From the NCBI GenBank assembly GCA_963976765.1, contig CAXBME010000033.1, positions 1 through 64,000 of the forward strand: a stretch of 64,000 nucleotides of DNA. The letters are read 5' to 3'. Numbering within the stretch: position 1 is the first letter of the stretch; every line of letters starts with the position of its first letter. The notes below the pieces were generated by a model, which was given only the letters and a program-made list of their open reading frames with translations, did no database searches and was not told the origin of the DNA. Positions 61,752 to 64,000 of the stretch are shown piece after piece. The DNA comes from an uncultured Planctomycetaceae bacterium. GTDB lineage: Bacteria; Planctomycetota; Planctomycetia; Planctomycetales; Planctomycetaceae. Both the position numbers and the translations under genes were made by a program.

Positions 61752-62107
61752 CTTGACACAGAGTGATGCAAATAACAAATCAGAAACAGGTTACGCAAAT
61801 TGTGGCTTTGCGGGCTCCGCTGCCAGATTGCGAATTTAAGCTTGCCGGACCGAAGCCATCTGCCAGGATGGCAGGAGTACCGACGTGACGCGTGATGGAG
61901 ACTTTCAGCCGATTCTGACAGCGGCGGATCCAGTATGGCGATGTGTGCATGTTGCCGTCGCGCTGAAAATTAGAAATCTCGCACTCCGGTTTCCTGTCAA
62001 ACGGGAACGGTGGACACCGCAGCGCACTATAGTAGTAAGGCTTCCAGGCCACTCTGCTTTGGAACGAGGACTTAAACACGTTGACTGCCGATCCGACGAA
62101 CGTACTG

Positions 62108-63847
62108 ATGACGAATCAGCAAACAGGCTTTGTCCGCACAATTTCCGGACCGCTGGTTGTGTCGGTGCTGACTCTGGTCGCCGTTCTGACGACGCTGGAT
62201 CCGGCTGACTACCGACCAGGTCTTCCGCCGGGGCCAGGGATCACGCTCGACGAGTCTTTCAATGTTCAAATGGGCGTTTACCTGGTCGAAAGTCTGAAGA
62301 GCTATGGCCTGGGAATTCTCGATCCGCAAAGTCTCGATGAAGTCTTTGGAAACCCCGCCTACAACCCCGATCATCCTCCGTTGGGGCGTTTGTGGCTGGG
62401 AGTCTTTCACGAATTATCGCGAGCGGTTGCCCCCGTCGACAGTGGTGACAACCCATTCGTCACGATTCATGCGCGAACCGGTTCGGCCTTTGCTTTTGCG
62501 CTGACGATATTTCTGATCGGGGCGTTCGCGACTCGGCGCTGGGGACAGCTTGCTGGTCTGACATCGGCGGTCAGCCTGGCGGTGATGCCACGGCTGTTCG
62601 GGCACGCGCATCTGGCATCGCTCGAAACATTCATGGGGCTAACCTGGACAATCGCGACTCTGGGAGTCATTCAGATCTGGAGCCGACACGACAAATTGGA
62701 AGACGGTGTTGACTCCAGCTCCAAACAGAAAGTCCCCCAGCAAGGTCATCCGCCAGGCGATAAAGCGGCTGCTCTTGGCGGGTTGCTGATCGGCCTGGCG
62801 CTGCTGACGAAAATACAGGCGATCCTGCTGCCTCCGCTGGTAGCCATGTGGGCATTCTGGCATTGGCGGCTGTCCGCGTTGCGACCGCTCGCCGTCAGCG
62901 GAGTCGCAACGGTGGTCGTATTCGTGGCCGGGTGGCCGTGGCTGTGGACCGATCTTTCCGGACATCTGATTGAGTACTTTGGACGAACGACAGACCGAGT
63001 TTCTTTGAACGTCTGGTACGTCGGGCGGGTCTTCAAAGACGTGGACGCTCCGTGGCATTACCCGTGGGTGATGACGCTGGTCACAATCCCGGCTGGCGTT
63101 CTGCTACTGGCTGGGGCTGGTCTGTGGGGGGCACGACGCCGGCTCATCAACGACCCGTCGGTCAGCCTTATTGCTGGATCGGTCTTTGCGCCGCTGGTTC
63201 TGTTTTCGCTGCCTGGTGTCGCTGTTTACGACGGCGCGAGACTTTTTCTCGTCGCGTTTCCAGGCCTCGCCTTGCTGTCTGGTCTCGGAATGTCGCGGTT
63301 TCGAGGCTGGCTTGTCGCGAGAGGGTGGCCTCACAAGTTGATTCCTGAGATTCTTCTGGCAGCCCAGCTTGTCGGCATTGTGACCACAACTCCGTACAGC
63401 CTGAGCTACTACAACGTTGCCATCGGTGGCACTTCCGGAGCGGAATGTCTGGGCTTTGAAGTGAGCTACTGGGGCGACAGCTTTTCTCGCCGTTTCATGG
63501 CCAGGCTGGTGGATGCAGTTCCAGACGGCACCATCGTTCAGGTGGCTCCCGTGCTTCATCAGTTCCAACTGGCAGAGATCGAACGCCAGGTGCCGATTCT
63601 GGCGAAAGGGCAATCTCCGACTGGCCGTCGCGTCAGGCTTGTCGCGGCTGAGCAGCCACTCGCTACCGATCGTGATCGGCCTCTGCGGGCAGCCCCAGGC
63701 AGCTCATCGGCTCCGACAGAATACCTTGCAGTGTTTCACCGCCGAGCCGATGCTCCATCGCCAGTTCTTCTTGAAAAGGCTGGATGGAAAATGGTCAGTT
63801 CTGAATCGTGCCAGGGCGTGATTGTGGCGTCACTCTGGCGGCGTTGA
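62108..63847 (+). CDS. GT-C fold membrane glycosyltransferase (family 39/ArnT-like)
   Basis: TLDES loop, DHPPLGR, PRLFGHAH, LLTK, multiple TM helices and YWGD. Confidence 0.88.
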   Translation: MTNQQTGFVRTISGPLVVSVLTLVAVLTTLDPADYRPGLPPGPGITLDESFNVQMGVYLVESLKSYGLGILDPQSLDEVFGNPAYNPDHPPLGRLWLGVFHELSRAVAPVDSGDNPFVTIHARTGSAFAFALTIFLIGAFATRRWGQLAGLTSAVSLAVMPRLFGHAHLASLETFMGLTWTIATLGVIQIWSRHDKLEDGVDSSSKQKVPQQGHPPGDKAAALGGLLIGLALLTKIQAILLPPLVAMWAFWHWRLSALRPLAVSGVATVVVFVAGWPWLWTDLSGHLIEYFGRTTDRVSLNVWYVGRVFKDVDAPWHYPWVMTLVTIPAGVLLLAGAGLWGARRRLINDPSVSLIAGSVFAPLVLFSLPGVAVYDGARLFLVAFPGLALLSGLGMSRFRGWLVARGWPHKLIPEILLAAQLVGIVTTTPYSLSYYNVAIGGTSGAECLGFEVSYWGDSFSRRFMARLVDAVPDGTIVQVAPVLHQFQLAEIERQVPILAKGQSPTGRRVRLVAAEQPLATDRDRPLRAAPGSSSAPTEYLAVFHRRADAPSPVLLEKAGWKMVSSESCQGVIVASLWRR

Positions 63848-64000
63848 AACAGTTCCGCTGCCCGTTGATGTGGCCTTGGGAGCCTGACTGTCCGACGAGG
63901 CGTCTGGCACGCTGGACGCGGAAGTCGGTGCGGATTTTGTCTTTGCCGGTGCGGTGCTCGGGGCAGGTTTTGGAGCGATCGTCAGTGGCAACTCGGCAAG

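Overview
This is a 64 kb chromosomal segment of a planctomycete. The assignment is inferred from DUF1559 prepilin-like, DUF1598, PVC-type haem-binding dehydrogenase, CRTAC1/FG-GAP and PQQ-propeller genes. Most of the window is housekeeping and planctomycete cell-envelope content: a TPR-exbB-exbD-(alpha/alpha)6-barrel operon, kdgK, a fabZ-like gene, rpsU, a DAHP synthase, an M16 peptidase, a fabF-like gene, ubiX, rpoD, a cysteine desulfurase-like gene, an rlmI-like gene, tRNA-Leu(GAG), groES-groEL and a GT39-like transferase. Two accessory cassettes look like anti-phage systems. The first is a tightly coupled DUF262 + HEPN + C5-cytosine methyltransferase operon (898-3798). The second is a three-gene operon downstream of rpoD (41660-48481): an unknown helical protein, a greatly expanded SIR2 protein, and a Rad50/SMC-like ABC ATPase with an extra N-terminal domain. 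That operon is the best candidate for an undescribed system. Also found by eye are a probable 6S RNA (14827-15017), a sigma54-type promoter before groES, a secreted Cys/Pro-rich repeat protein, and a structured leader with a uORF before the DAHP synthase. Start codons were often moved from the ORF track using RBS or gene-overlap evidence. No database searches could be run, so family calls rest on recognised motifs.
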